DNA of 63,972 nt, filler included, from Lama guanicoe (Eukaryota): NCBI GenBank assembly GCA_013239625.1. It is 96 parts of 96 records of this genome, joined end to end, with 100 filler letters (N's around TTAATTAATTAA, not from the genome) between each part and the next. Parts side by side here need not be neighbours in the genome. Positions count along the whole stretch, not along the records: positions 40,125 to 40,537 come from PNXV01028343.1; positions 40,638 to 41,131 come from PNXV01028344.1; positions 41,232 to 41,473 come from PNXV01028345.1; positions 41,574 to 42,153 come from PNXV01028348.1; positions 42,254 to 42,739 come from PNXV01028349.1; positions 42,840 to 43,321 come from PNXV01028350.1; positions 43,422 to 43,678 come from PNXV01028351.1; positions 43,779 to 44,369 come from PNXV01028352.1; 88 more parts are not named here. One strand, given 5' to 3'. The notes under the pieces were generated by a model. The model was not told the DNA's origin. It worked only from the letters and a program-made list of their open reading frames with translations, and made no database searches. The translations under genes and the position numbers were made by a program. This document shows, piece by piece, positions 40,125-52,184 of the stretch. Each line of letters begins with the position of its first letter. Positions within the stretch are counted from its first letter, which is position 1.

Positions 40125-40537
40125 AATCTAAGTATTAGCGTGTGCCTCTCCATGGGTAGTGGAGATGTTTAACATGCAACCCACAACTTGGGAATTACTG
40201 TGACCCCTGACAAATGCGTGTGCTGTTTCCCCACGTCCAGCACACACAGGAAGAACTGTTCTGGGGTTCTGAGTGTGGGGAGGTTCCTCCAACAGACAGC
40301 AGCACCTGGGTTTTAATAGAATCCCTTAGCTTGACTTCCCTAAGTGTTTTCCTAGGCCTAGAAGTAAGCGATGGTGGGGGATGGGCTCTAAAGCCAAGTA
40401 TTAGCGAGTGCATCTTTGTGGGTAGTGGAGGGTTTTAAAAAATTCCCCAACCTTGGAACACCTGTGCCCCATAAAGAAGCGTGGATTTTGTTTCCCCACC
40501 TCCAGCACACACACGGAGACGTGCTCATGTATCCTGA
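40125..40537 (-). repeat. Diverged 265-266-bp satellite related to the 268-bp family
   Basis: aagtattagcg at 40130/40396 and ccccac at 40229/40494. The segment ctgagtgtggggaggttcctccaac...tgttttcctag aligns with 42254-42739 and with the reverse complement of 10832-11355. Confidence 0.75.
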
Positions 40538-40637
40538 NNNNNNNNNNNNNNNNNNNNNNNNNNNNNNNNNNNNNNNNNNNNTTAATTAATTAANNNNNNN
40601 NNNNNNNNNNNNNNNNNNNNNNNNNNNNNNNNNNNNN

Positions 40638-41131
40638 TCTCCTGCAAACTTTTCCCTTTGTGCGAGATGAACGAACGTCTCTCCACCTGCTAGGTTTTGA
40701 GAGTTAAGCGTGTGTGCTAGCCGTTCTTCACCTAGCTTGTTGGGAACACAAAGTTTCTCTTCAGTAGCAGACTCCACTCCATGCATATATATGGGGAGAT
40801 ACAAGCTCCAACTCGGTTTTACAGTGAAAACTGCAGGAACTTCAAACCGGCACTAGGAAACATACTGAAAAACCAGAGTAAGTGTTTCTCCTGCAAACTT
40901 TTCCCTTTGTGCGAGATGAACGAACGTCTCTCCACCTGCTAGGTTTTGAGAGTTAAGCGTGTGTGCTAGCCGTTCTTCACCTAGCTTGTTGGGAACACAA
41001 AGTTTCTTTCAGTTGCAGACCCCACTCCATGCATATATACGGGGAGGTATAAGCTCCTACTCGGTTTTACAGTGAAAACTTTAGGAACTTCAAACCGGCC
41101 CTAGGAAACAGACTGAGAAACCAGAGTAAGT
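40638..41131 (+). repeat. 249-bp satellite, 2 near-identical monomers
   Basis: tctcctgcaaacttttccc at 40638/40887 and gcgagatgaa at 40662/40911. Confidence 0.95.
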
Positions 41132-42253
41132 NNNNNNNNNNNNNNNNNNNNNNNNNNNNNNNNNNNNNNNNNNNNTTAATTAATTAANNNNNNNNNNNNN
41201 NNNNNNNNNNNNNNNNNNNNNNNNNNNNNNNTCGGTGCCCACTCTCAGTGTCTTCCTTCAAGCTCGGTTCTCCCACCCCCTGTCGACCCGCACATCCGCC
41301 CAGCGCTCGCAGTCTGGGAAGCAGTGCTCCAGCCCCGTCTACGGAGAAGCAGCAGTGAACCTGCCCCCGTGATGACAGTCTCTCGGCAGTAAAATTCCAG
41401 AGTCAGAATCAGAAATATTTAAACGTGTAAGAGCAGAGACAGCTTTCTTCTCTTTGGGGGCCAGAAGGTGGGGNNNNNNNNNNNNNNNNNNNNNNNNNNN
41501 NNNNNNNNNNNNNNNNNTTAATTAATTAANNNNNNNNNNNNNNNNNNNNNNNNNNNNNNNNNNNNNNNNNNNNGCAATAGTGTTTTCAGTTGGGAGGGTC
41601 CAAGGAGGAGGAAGGGGTGGCTGGCTCTGGCTGTGCTGGTGTGAGAGATGAGCAAATTGCAAAGCAGAAGCAGCAGCACGCCGGGGCTGTTTTCCCACTG
41701 CAGGAAACTTGCTGGGCCCTCCACAGGAGACCTGGCTTCCAGCTCACCCTCTTGCTGCGTGTGGGTGGTCATCTGCGCTCAACGCGCAACAGTTTCAATT
41801 TTTTCCCCACTTCCTGGGATTCCTGTGGAGGAGACCGAAGGGGACAACCTTTGCTGAGATCATGAGAAAGCCTGTCTGAATCTGCAAGGGTGCGATGCTG
41901 ATTGAAAGCAAAGGAGGCCTTCTCTGCTGGCTGGGAGGAGCTGGTCCGAGAGCATCTCCTGTCTCTGCCACCACAGAGGTCTTTGAGGCTCAACGTTTTT
42001 CGTGTTGAGTTTTTGCTCTTTTGTTATGTTACCGGTTTCATATTCCGAATCTAGCAGCAACAAGTCTTAGTGATGGTGCCGAGAGCTCCATCTTGCTCTG
42101 TGACCTCAGGCAGAAGAGGATTTCCAGTGGGGAGATATTTGAACCAGGCACTGNNNNNNNNNNNNNNNNNNNNNNNNNNNNNNNNNNNNNNNNNNNNTTA
42201 ATTAATTAANNNNNNNNNNNNNNNNNNNNNNNNNNNNNNNNNNNNNNNNNNNN

Positions 42254-42739
42254 TTGTCTCTCGAGCTCCCCCACACACTGACAATTGTTCCCGAATCCTG
42301 AGTTTGGAAAGGTTCCACCAACGATCGGCAGTGCATGGGTTGTAATGGATTGCATAAGCTCGTCTCCCCTGAGTGTTTTGCTAAGTTCTGGCTACCAGTG
42401 AATGCTAGGGATCTGCGCTGGAATGCCCAGGTCCAGTAGCAGAAAGCTCAAGGTTTGAGAAGATATTTCTCCTAATTCCCCCGAACAGGGAACACGTGTG
42501 ACTGAAGAGAGCTGCGTGGAATTGTCTCTCGGGATCCCCCACGCACTGACAATTTTTCCAGAATCCAGAGAGTCGGGGGGTTCCACCAACGGTCGGCAGC
42601 GTGTGAGTTCAAAAGGATTGACTAAGCTCGTCTGCCCTGAGTGTTTTGCTAAGTTCTGGCTAGCAGTGAATGCTAGGGATCTGCGCTGGAATGCCCAGGT
42701 CCAGTAGCAGAAAGCTCAAGGTTTGAGAAGATATTTCTC
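42254..42739 (-). repeat. 268-bp satellite (opposite orientation to 10832-11355)
   Basis: aatgctagggatctgcgctgg at 42401/42669; gactgaagagagctgcgtgga is the reverse complement of tccacgcagctctcttcagtc at about 11266. Confidence 0.9.
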
Positions 42740-42839
42740 NNNNNNNNNNNNNNNNNNNNNNNNNNNNNNNNNNNNNNNNNNNNTTAATTAATTAANNNNN
42801 NNNNNNNNNNNNNNNNNNNNNNNNNNNNNNNNNNNNNNN

Positions 42840-42943
42840 ATATATGTATATTCATGTGTGACTGAAGCATTGTGCTGTACGCCAGAAACGGACACGACAT
42901 TGTAAACTGACTACAACACAATAAAAAAGAAAAGAAAAGAAAT
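42840..42943 (+). mobile_element. LINE-1 3' terminus with A-rich tail
   Basis: Similar to 1150-1235; ends aataaaaaagaaaagaaaagaaa. Confidence 0.75.
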
Positions 42944-43778
42944 GGATCTTGAAGGCTGGATATCATTTAGGCATAGTTGAGGGGAAAGGACATTGCAGGT
43001 AGCGCTGCGCAAAAATAATGATGGGAGATTTCAGATGTGCTTACCGCTACACACAGCATGTACTCTAGTCTGGCTCACGTGGGAGCATGTGAGTGTAAGT
43101 TACATTCTTTTGAGTAGGGAAAATTTTTAATCAGAACAAAGGGCTAGGAAGATTACTTGCCATCTGTCTGTTGAGAGAATTGCAGCAAGGAGAGATGAAA
43201 GGCAGGAATAACAGTAATCCAAGGGGAAGGTGTAATAAATGGCTCAACTAGGGCAGTGGGAGTGGGAACAGGACTGGGGAGGACTACCAGAGATCTTGTG
43301 AAGATAGAATTGGGAAGACTGNNNNNNNNNNNNNNNNNNNNNNNNNNNNNNNNNNNNNNNNNNNNTTAATTAATTAANNNNNNNNNNNNNNNNNNNNNNN
43401 NNNNNNNNNNNNNNNNNNNNNGATCAAGTTTTAATTTCCAGTGACTAGCCAGACTGTTCCCTGACAATTTCGGGGACAAAAAGGAGACGTAGGTGCCTGT
43501 TGCAGGCAGGAGTTCTGTTTCTCTTCTAGAGGCTGGGAAGCAGTCATTCCCACTGGGCGAGACTCAATTCCCTAAGACTGCATCCGGAGACCAAAAGAGA
43601 AATATGCAAAATATTACATCAAGAGTTAAAATAATGTATTTTGAGTGACAGATGGCTAATTTATTTTTCAAGGGAGTTNNNNNNNNNNNNNNNNNNNNNN
43701 NNNNNNNNNNNNNNNNNNNNNNTTAATTAATTAANNNNNNNNNNNNNNNNNNNNNNNNNNNNNNNNNNNNNNNNNNNN

Positions 43779-44369
43779 AAAAAAAAATGCTAAATTAGAT
43801 TTTATCAAAATTAAAAACTTTTATGCATCAAAATACACTATCAAAACATTAAAATGACAACCCATAGAAATGGCAGAAAATATGTGAAAATTAAATATCT
43901 GATAAGGATCTACATTCCAGAGTGTATAAAGAGCTCTTACAACTCAACAATAAAAAGATAATCAAATTATAAAATGGGGCAAATGATTTAATAAACATTT
44001 CTCCAAACAATTTATACAAATAGCCAATAAGCACAGGAAAAGATTCTCAACATCATTAGTCATCAAGGATATTTACATCAAAACTACAATGAGATACCAC
44101 TTCATGCCCACTATGATGGCTATAAGTTTAAAAATTGAAAATAACAAGTTTTGGCAAGGATGTGAAAAAATGAGAACCCTCATACATTTCTGTTGTGATT
44201 GCAAAATGTTGTATCCACTATGGAATAATGTTGAGCAGCTCCTGTATAAGTCAAACAAAGACATATCATGTGACCCAGCTTTGAGATATATATATAGAGA
44301 GATATATACATAGATATATCTATATATATACCAAAGAGAACTGAAAATATATGTTTACACATATCCTGT
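43779..44369 (+). mobile_element. LINE-1 ORF2 3' region
   Basis: Translation MRYHFMP..NKFWQGCEK..LIHFCC.CKM..PLW, the L1 ORF2 cysteine-rich region. Confidence 0.88.
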
Positions 44370-45517
44370 NNNNNNNNNNNNNNNNNNNNNNNNNNNNNNN
44401 NNNNNNNNNNNNNTTAATTAATTAANNNNNNNNNNNNNNNNNNNNNNNNNNNNNNNNNNNNNNNNNNNNTCATGGATTGCTTTAAAACCTGTGTGTGTTC
44501 ATGTGTGTGCTTGTACAAATGTGTGTGTTTTGAAACTTACCTGTGGAAACTGTCCATCTGAAAATAACAGAAGGGAGCCACAAAAATTGTATGTGATGCT
44601 GAATTAAAATGTACAATATACATGTGTAGCTAAAATTAGTGGTGTGGCATAGTAAATCAATGACATAATCACATCTTCTGAACTTGATACTGCAATATTC
44701 ATTATATGGTCCAACTTGCTGTTTTACCCAAATTAAAAACTCTATAAATTTTATCTTTGGTCATTAGTTTGATCTTAAAAGAATTTTGAAACTAATTTTA
44801 TTAAATTTTGAGTAGTGAGTCCATTTTATGTTTTTACCTTTGAATAAAACTTGCCTTAGCTTTTATTTCCATGCCATGAGTACAATCCAGCACTGGCCTC
44901 ATAAAACTGACTTTAACTTTTCCAAACTCAATGTCAGGTTATGACCCATGTCACTACTCGAGGATTAGATCTGTTTCTAATACAAGTCATCTTAAATCTT
45001 TTTTGAAGCAGGGTAAGGGGAATGTTGCTTTCCTGGGTTAGAATGGAAGTTCTGTGCTGTTACTTAGTAATGATAGGAACTCAACCAAATCAAGTTCTCT
45101 GGGCCTCAGTTTTCTCACTAATAAACTAAGAGAATCAGACTTAATGAGTACTAAGGCCCACTGACTGCGGTTTTTAAACCCTATGATTGTTTCAGTTAAC
45201 AGGTTCTGTTTAGATTATATGATGAGAAACATGGTTTCTATGTAAAAATTAACCATGTTTCTATGTAAAAATTAATATAAATTTACATAGAATGAAAGAA
45301 ACAAACAAACAAACAAACTTAATTGTGAATGAATATTTGACTTGAAGGTTAGAAAATTTCCTTAAAAGTTCTTACTGAGCTAACTCCAAATAACTACTTG
45401 AGACACTTTTTATTTTTNNNNNNNNNNNNNNNNNNNNNNNNNNNNNNNNNNNNNNNNNNNNTTAATTAATTAANNNNNNNNNNNNNNNNNNNNNNNNNNN
45501 NNNNNNNNNNNNNNNNN

Positions 45518-45932
45518 ACTTTTCCAGTTTTTCCACTTCTGTGCCCCTGGTAACCACTGTTACACCTTCTACTTTCATGTACTAGACATTTTTAGACTTC
45601 ATGTATATGTGAAATCATGTAGATACTTTCTTCTGTGTCTGGCTTATTTTACCGAGCGTAATGTACTTCAAGGTTTACCATGTTGTTGCAAATGGCATGT
45701 TCTCTTTCTTTTTTAGGCTAAATGAGGTGTATCATATGTAAATACGTATATATACATTGACAATTTTTTTTATTAATCCATCTGTCTCTCTGGACACCTC
45801 AGTTGTTCCCTTTCCACATCTTTGAGAGACTATGTACATTTATTTTGCTGGATAATATGATGGTAAAATTTTGGGGTTTTTTGAGGAAACTTCATACTGT
45901 CTTCCATAATGGCTGTACCAAGTTACATTTCT
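45518..45932 (-). mobile_element. LINE-1 3' region
   Basis: cccctggtaaccact, ttctgtgtctggcttattt and ttgaggaaacttcatactgtcttccataatggctgtacc. Confidence 0.8.
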
Positions 45933-46452
45933 NNNNNNNNNNNNNNNNNNNNNNNNNNNNNNNNNNNNNNNNNNNNTTAATTAATTAANNNNNNNNNNNN
46001 NNNNNNNNNNNNNNNNNNNNNNNNNNNNNNNNTGTGGTTTCCTAGAGAGCAGAGGCTCATCTCTGCTGCAGATGTGGTGCCGGGTGGGCATTAACAGTAA
46101 ATGCACGGGGCGTGGTGAAGAACTCTGGAATAGAGCAGCCAGCCAGCGTTCCCTGGACATCACCACTCTCCTCAGTGAGATAGACGAGAACCTGCTTGTC
46201 CCAGGGTTTGCACGAGGACTCTGGGCCTGATGCGCTGTTACTTATCAGGTGTGTGATTTCACGCAAGCTGTATAATTTTCTGGGCCATATCTATNNNNNN
46301 NNNNNNNNNNNNNNNNNNNNNNNNNNNNNNNNNNNNNNTTAATTAATTAANNNNNNNNNNNNNNNNNNNNNNNNNNNNNNNNNNNNNNNNNNNNGTTCAA
46401 TTTCTGAATCTGTAAAATTAGATCTGTAACTCTAATAACGTAGATTTCTGTT

Positions 46453-46908
46453 TGTATTAGTTCCCTTTTGCCGTCGTGACAAATTACCACACATTTAGTG
46501 GCTTGAAGCAGAACAAATCTATTATCTTCCAGTTCTGGTTAGAAGCTCCGAAGTGGGTCTTACAGGGCTGAAATAAAAATGTTGCAGGGCTGCGTTCCTT
46601 CTGGAGGGTCTTGGGGAAAACCTGCTCTCTGTCTTTCTGAGCTGTGGAGTCTCATCTGTGTTCTCCCGCTTGTGACCCCCTTCTGCAACATGTCACTCTG
46701 ACCCCTGCTTCTGGAGTGCCATCTCTTTCTCTGATTCTGACCCTCCTGCTTTCCTCTTATGAGGCACCCCCCTGGATAATCCAGGGTTCCCTCCCCATTT
46801 GAAGACTCCAATCACAGCTGCAGAGTCTCATTCACTGTGAAGCTGATGTTCACAGGTTCCAGGTATTAGGATGTGGACATCTTTGGGGCCATTATTCTAC
46901 CTACCAAA
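46453..46908 (-). mobile_element. MaLR solo LTR, MLT1C/D-like
   Basis: Runs from tgtattagtt..acaaattaccaca to ggattaggatgtggacatcttt-like ...ggccattattctacctacca; about 455 bp. Confidence 0.8.
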
Positions 46909-49660
46909 GGTTGCTGCAGACTTGTGAGTACAAGTGGTGTGTTTTACAACTTTATACACACGTGCACACATATACTATGTCCTTTGCACTGTGCTCTGCA
47001 CAGTAAATGACCCTCTGCTGGCACATCCCCGTCACGTGCATGTCGTCTGCCATATTGTTCTGCTTTTGTCCAGTTGCCTTTCTGGACCTCCCTCCGTCTT
47101 CCCTGATACCTCCTGAAACATACTCATCCTTCAGGGCTCATTTCCAATCCCCCTTCCGCCAGAATGAGCTTCCAAGTGTTATATATAAGTGCTGTCAATG
47201 AAGAAGAGGTTTTTTTTCCAAGGAGCTATTGAATTTCTGCATTATTGAAGGTGTCCAGANNNNNNNNNNNNNNNNNNNNNNNNNNNNNNNNNNNNNNNNN
47301 NNNTTAATTAATTAANNNNNNNNNNNNNNNNNNNNNNNNNNNNNNNNNNNNNNNNNNNNTTTATTTATTTAACTATTTATAAGCTTTAAATGATTTTTCT
47401 TCCTATAATATGATGTGTACCTTTACACTGTGGTTAATTGTAAAAAAATACACTCTTTGTATTTACTCAATGTATTATTTTTTGTTCCTTAAACTTTTTT
47501 CTATAGAAAACTTCTTGTACTTGTTTATTATTTAAAAAAGAAACACCATGTCTGATTGTAATCTGATTAAATAGTGGATCGTACCATTCACTGCTCATTA
47601 CTATGTCACTCAAATTATAAGTAAAAGGAGATTTTCTCTAAGCCACTTTATGTGCTGCCCTAAGGACATAGAGGTCAATGGGACAAATCCGACCCTATTT
47701 TCTTGTATCATTGGTTTGTATAGAGAAATCATCCAAAAAATAACAATCAGATTTAATATTAATTATAAAAATGTTATACTGAGAAGAAGTGGAATGAAAA
47801 GGTATTTCTCAGCAGAAGCTGGAGCAAGGAAAGTCAAGAAATAAAAACGGAAGTACTAGCTATCCTCTACATTTGAGTGCTCAACATCTGATTGCAAATA
47901 TCTTTTGGAAAATAGACTTTTGAGTCTGAAATCCACAAGCAATTCCATGAGTTGAAAGCCAAGGAACACAAGTAGTCCTGTGTGAAAAGTGAATAGAAGG
48001 AGAAAACGACTTAAAACATTGGCTCACAGAACCTTCAACTAATAAGGGGAGGAAAGNNNNNNNNNNNNNNNNNNNNNNNNNNNNNNNNNNNNNNNNNNNN
48101 TTAATTAATTAANNNNNNNNNNNNNNNNNNNNNNNNNNNNNNNNNNNNNNNNNNNNCATGGGCTTAGATCTTTGCAGTCATTTCAACTAATACCAAAAGA
48201 AAAGATTATAGAAATCTAAAAATATCAAATTTGGATAAATAAGAAAGCTTTTCACAAATAATTTAAAAATTTTAAAAAATTGGAAAAATTGATCCTTGTA
48301 TGCAGCACTTGGAAAAAAAGTTGTATTCTCAAAGGGATGGCATTATCCCTAATTAAATGAGAAAAAAATCAAAGTGCTATGTAACAGGCAAATGACTCAA
48401 AAGGTAACCCATATTTTAACACTGCATAATTATTTTATTCTCCTCATGTGAATGCATATAACTCTTTTTTTTAGTAAAGGTTTATTAAAATGATACTTGT
48501 AGAGTACTCTTGGTACATTATAAAATTGATTTGTAGGGCTAGACATGGCTATTAGGTAATTGCTAGTCTGCTTTTTTCAGAACATTTCATTTTTATCATT
48601 GTATTCTAAGATGAAGATTATACTATTCTAAAATTCTAGAATGCATTTATTACTTCTCAAATGTATAATATGTTGATATTTTGTAGACATTAGGACACAG
48701 GGAAATAAATATACAGGGAAATTAAGAAAAAAGTCTGTTTAAAGTATTAAAAACCAAATTCANNNNNNNNNNNNNNNNNNNNNNNNNNNNNNNNNNNNNN
48801 NNNNNNTTAATTAATTAANNNNNNNNNNNNNNNNNNNNNNNNNNNNNNNNNNNNNNNNNNNNAGCAGAGATCCAAGGGCCCAGGGGAAGGCCTGCTTGGG
48901 CTGAGGCTCTAACCTGAGGCTTAGGAGCACAGGCTGAGTGTTGGTTTGTAGAATGTTACTAAGAATCATCATTCCAGGGTCTCTATGCAAAACCAAATTT
49001 GCCCCCAGAAAACACATTCAGTACAGATCCTCAAACATCCCTTTTCTACCTTAGATCCTGTAGAAGGTTGAGATGTGTAGCTCGTAAGTAGAGAGAATGA
49101 TAGGGGATGGGGTGTCCACAGAGCCAGGGCAGCTCAGGTTCTCTGACTTGGCAGGAGGGGACCACTCTCATTGGATGCCGATATTTCCCTAATAGAGCAG
49201 AAACCCAGAATACCACAGGCGTAGGATGGTAAGGTTTTTCCTTTCTCATGGAAAATAATTACGAGTGTAGCGAGTTCATACTGTCAACAGCACACTATGG
49301 TAGTCAGCCATTATCCATCTTTCTGTCCCTTTCAGTATTTTTAGCNNNNNNNNNNNNNNNNNNNNNNNNNNNNNNNNNNNNNNNNNNNNTTAATTAATTA
49401 ANNNNNNNNNNNNNNNNNNNNNNNNNNNNNNNNNNNNNNNNNNNNAAAAACCATGGATCAAAACCAAAGGAAAGTCCTCCTGTAGCTCCCCCTATTTACC
49501 GTCAGTTGCACCTAAAACCCTTTTTGAGGGGCACGGTGTACAGCATAACACGTGTCATCATGGGAGGTCAGAGAGTGAGTCACTGACTGAATATATAATC
49601 TAATTAAAATATTTTCCTTCCAAACTCATGTAATAGACAGGACCAAGCTATAGGTCTTAC

Positions 49661-49807
49661 TTAAAGGTGGCCACAAAGTTGACCGTGGGCCAGCCCAAGA
49701 CGAAGGACTTGGGGGCATTGATGGCTTCCCCTGCTTTATTTGTGCAATCGCCCATCCACACGTTGTTCAATGGGATTTCGTATTTGATTTTAAAGTTCCA
49801 TCTATAC
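49661..49807 (-). CDS. Internal exon of an ARHGAP20-like Rho GAP (PH-domain segment)
   Basis: tctttgcag|G...TTTAA|gtaaga, 147 nt, phase 2/2, no stops. Reads YRWNFKIKYEIPLNNVWMGDCTNKAGEAINAPKSFVLGWPTVNFVATF versus recalled ARHGAP20 YNNNFKIKNKIKLTDMWTASCVDEVGEGNTNAMKSFVLGWPTVNFVATF. Confidence 0.82.
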
Positions 49808-50017
49808 CTGCAAAGATAACCACAGAAGACTTCTGTTAGTTTGTTTCTTAAATGTAATGGAGCCACTATGTTCATGCTGAAATGCTAGTTCTTGCTGCTG
49901 CAGGCAAAGCATGGCTCNNNNNNNNNNNNNNNNNNNNNNNNNNNNNNNNNNNNNNNNNNNNTTAATTAATTAANNNNNNNNNNNNNNNNNNNNNNNNNNN
50001 NNNNNNNNNNNNNNNNN

Positions 50018-50811
50018 AATATAGAATTTCGAATATAGAATGTAGAACACAGAATTTAGAATATTGAATACAAAATACTGAATATAGAATTTTGAATATA
50101 GATTGTAGAACACAGAATATAGTATAGAGAATAGAGAATATAGAAGCCAGAATTTAGAATATGGAATGCAGAGCACAGAATTTAGAATATAGATTACAGA
50201 ATACTGAATAAGGACTTTAGAGCATGGAATTCAGAAGACATAATTTAGAATATTGTGTTCAGAATACTGAATATTGAATTATAATATAGAATTTAAACCA
50301 CAGTATATAGAATATAGAAAAAAGAATATAGAAACCAGAATTTAGAACATGGAATGCAGAACACATAATTTACAATATAGAATACAGAATACTGAATATA
50401 GAATTTAGAATATAGAATGTAGAACACAGAATTTAGAATATAGAGTACAAACTACTGAATATAGAATTTAGAATATAGAATGTAGAACACAGAATTTAGA
50501 ATATAGAGTACAAACTACTGAATATAGAATTTAGAATATAGAATGTAGAACACAGAATTTAGAATATAGAGTACAAACTACTGAATATAGAATTTAGAAT
50601 ATAGAATGTAGAACACAGAATATAGAATATAGAATACGGAATGCAGTATATAGTTTACAGAAAATAGAATTTAGAACACAGATTATAGTATATGGAAAAA
50701 GAATACAGAACCCAAAATTTACAACATGAAATGCAGAACACAGAATATAGGATATTGAATAAAGATCACTGAATATAGAATTACGAATATAGAATGTAGA
50801 ACACAGAATTT
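50018..50811 (-). repeat. 7-bp-based satellite (AGAATAT)n with an internal 63-bp repeat
   Basis: Reverse complement of the TATTCTA family; gagtacaaactactg at 50443, 50506 and 50569. Confidence 0.93.
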
Positions 50812-52066
50812 NNNNNNNNNNNNNNNNNNNNNNNNNNNNNNNNNNNNNNNNNNNNTTAATTAATTAANNNNNNNNNNNNNNNNNNNNNNNNNNNNNNNNN
50901 NNNNNNNNNNNGGAGAGGTCTGGCCATATCCTTCTATCTCTCCAGGTGGATGGAAGTAAGAAAAGATATTTATTTTATGTCTTGGTAAACATTTCCTGAC
51001 AACTGTACATGCTACTGAATTTCCAGTGTGTTCAAATCTGGGAACAGAAAAATGACTACAAAACTGTGTTAGAGCTCTTAGTCTGGCAGAGTTCAAAGGT
51101 GTAATTGACCATAATACAATGTAATTAACCATAATACAGCATGGTAAGTGTCTAAAAATTCCTTCTGAGTGCTAGTTGTAGTCAGAGGGGNNNNNNNNNN
51201 NNNNNNNNNNNNNNNNNNNNNNNNNNNNNNNNNNTTAATTAATTAANNNNNNNNNNNNNNNNNNNNNNNNNNNNNNNNNNNNNNNNNNNNCGCTCACTCA
51301 GAGCAGCAGCTCAACAGCTGTAGGTCTCAGCCGCATGGACGAGGGTGTCTGACGTGCCTGGCAGCCATGTGCTGATTTCTGATTGTGATTCAGCTGATGC
51401 ACCTTTTAATCATCTGTTTCTTTTTGCTTCCATAGGTTAATATATGAAGGATTTCTAACATCCATGTTACATTCTGAGAAAACAGAATTTATTTAAATTC
51501 AATCTGGAGAAGACAGGAGGCTTTCCAGCTGAGCACACGCACTTCTGGGGATCAGAGCTTAGGTCCCCTCTAACACTAACTTCCAACCTACCCAATCTGA
51601 GAGCAATCCCCCACCTCCTAGGTTTCTAGGACATAGAACTGAGCTTCGTTCATTTTCCTGAATACCTCTAAATAAACACAAAACTACCCATGGGGAGAAT
51701 GTAACTCTTCCTCCCAAGGCCACTCACTGCCGCCCACCTGCGCCTTGGGTTTGNNNNNNNNNNNNNNNNNNNNNNNNNNNNNNNNNNNNNNNNNNNNTTA
51801 ATTAATTAANNNNNNNNNNNNNNNNNNNNNNNNNNNNNNNNNNNNNNNNNNNNAGGTGCTGATGGGGAAAGCTTTGGAGGCTGGGTGGAAATCTTTCCAG
51901 CACTGTTCAGATTATGCTGTGTAGGTCATTCAGTTGACCACTAGGGAGACTGATTAAAGTTGAAATTACAATCCTTGGCTAGGTCCGTATGAGAATAGTT
52001 TAATGACCTTATTGAAAATTTCATTCTTGAAATTGAGCCATTGAAGGACAGAGTGCCTTGTCTTTT

Positions 52067-52184
52067 AAATTTTATTTTTATTTTTATTTAAAAAAAATTT
52101 TTAGTGGAGGTATTGCGGGTTGAACCCAGGACCTCGTGCATACTAAGCATGCACTCTACCACTGAGCTACACCCTCCTCCCAAA
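52067..52184 (-). mobile_element. tRNA-Ala-derived SINE (camelid Vic-1-like) with target-site duplication
   Basis: Minus strand gggtgtagctcagtggtagagtgcatgcttagtatgcacgaggtcctgggttcaacc has A and B boxes and an A-rich tail. TSD agtgccttgtctttt(aa) at 52052 and 52185. Confidence 0.85.

Noticed and set aside
36872..49807. ARHGAP17-like and ARHGAP20-like pieces, or the two OR pseudogenes, as linked clusters
   Set aside because: They lie on separate artificially joined contigs, so there is no linkage evidence.
52100..52181. Functional tRNA-Ala gene (also the tRNAs at 52958-53293)
   Set aside because: The former has an A-rich tail and TSD, so it is a SINE; the latter are decayed mitochondrial copies.
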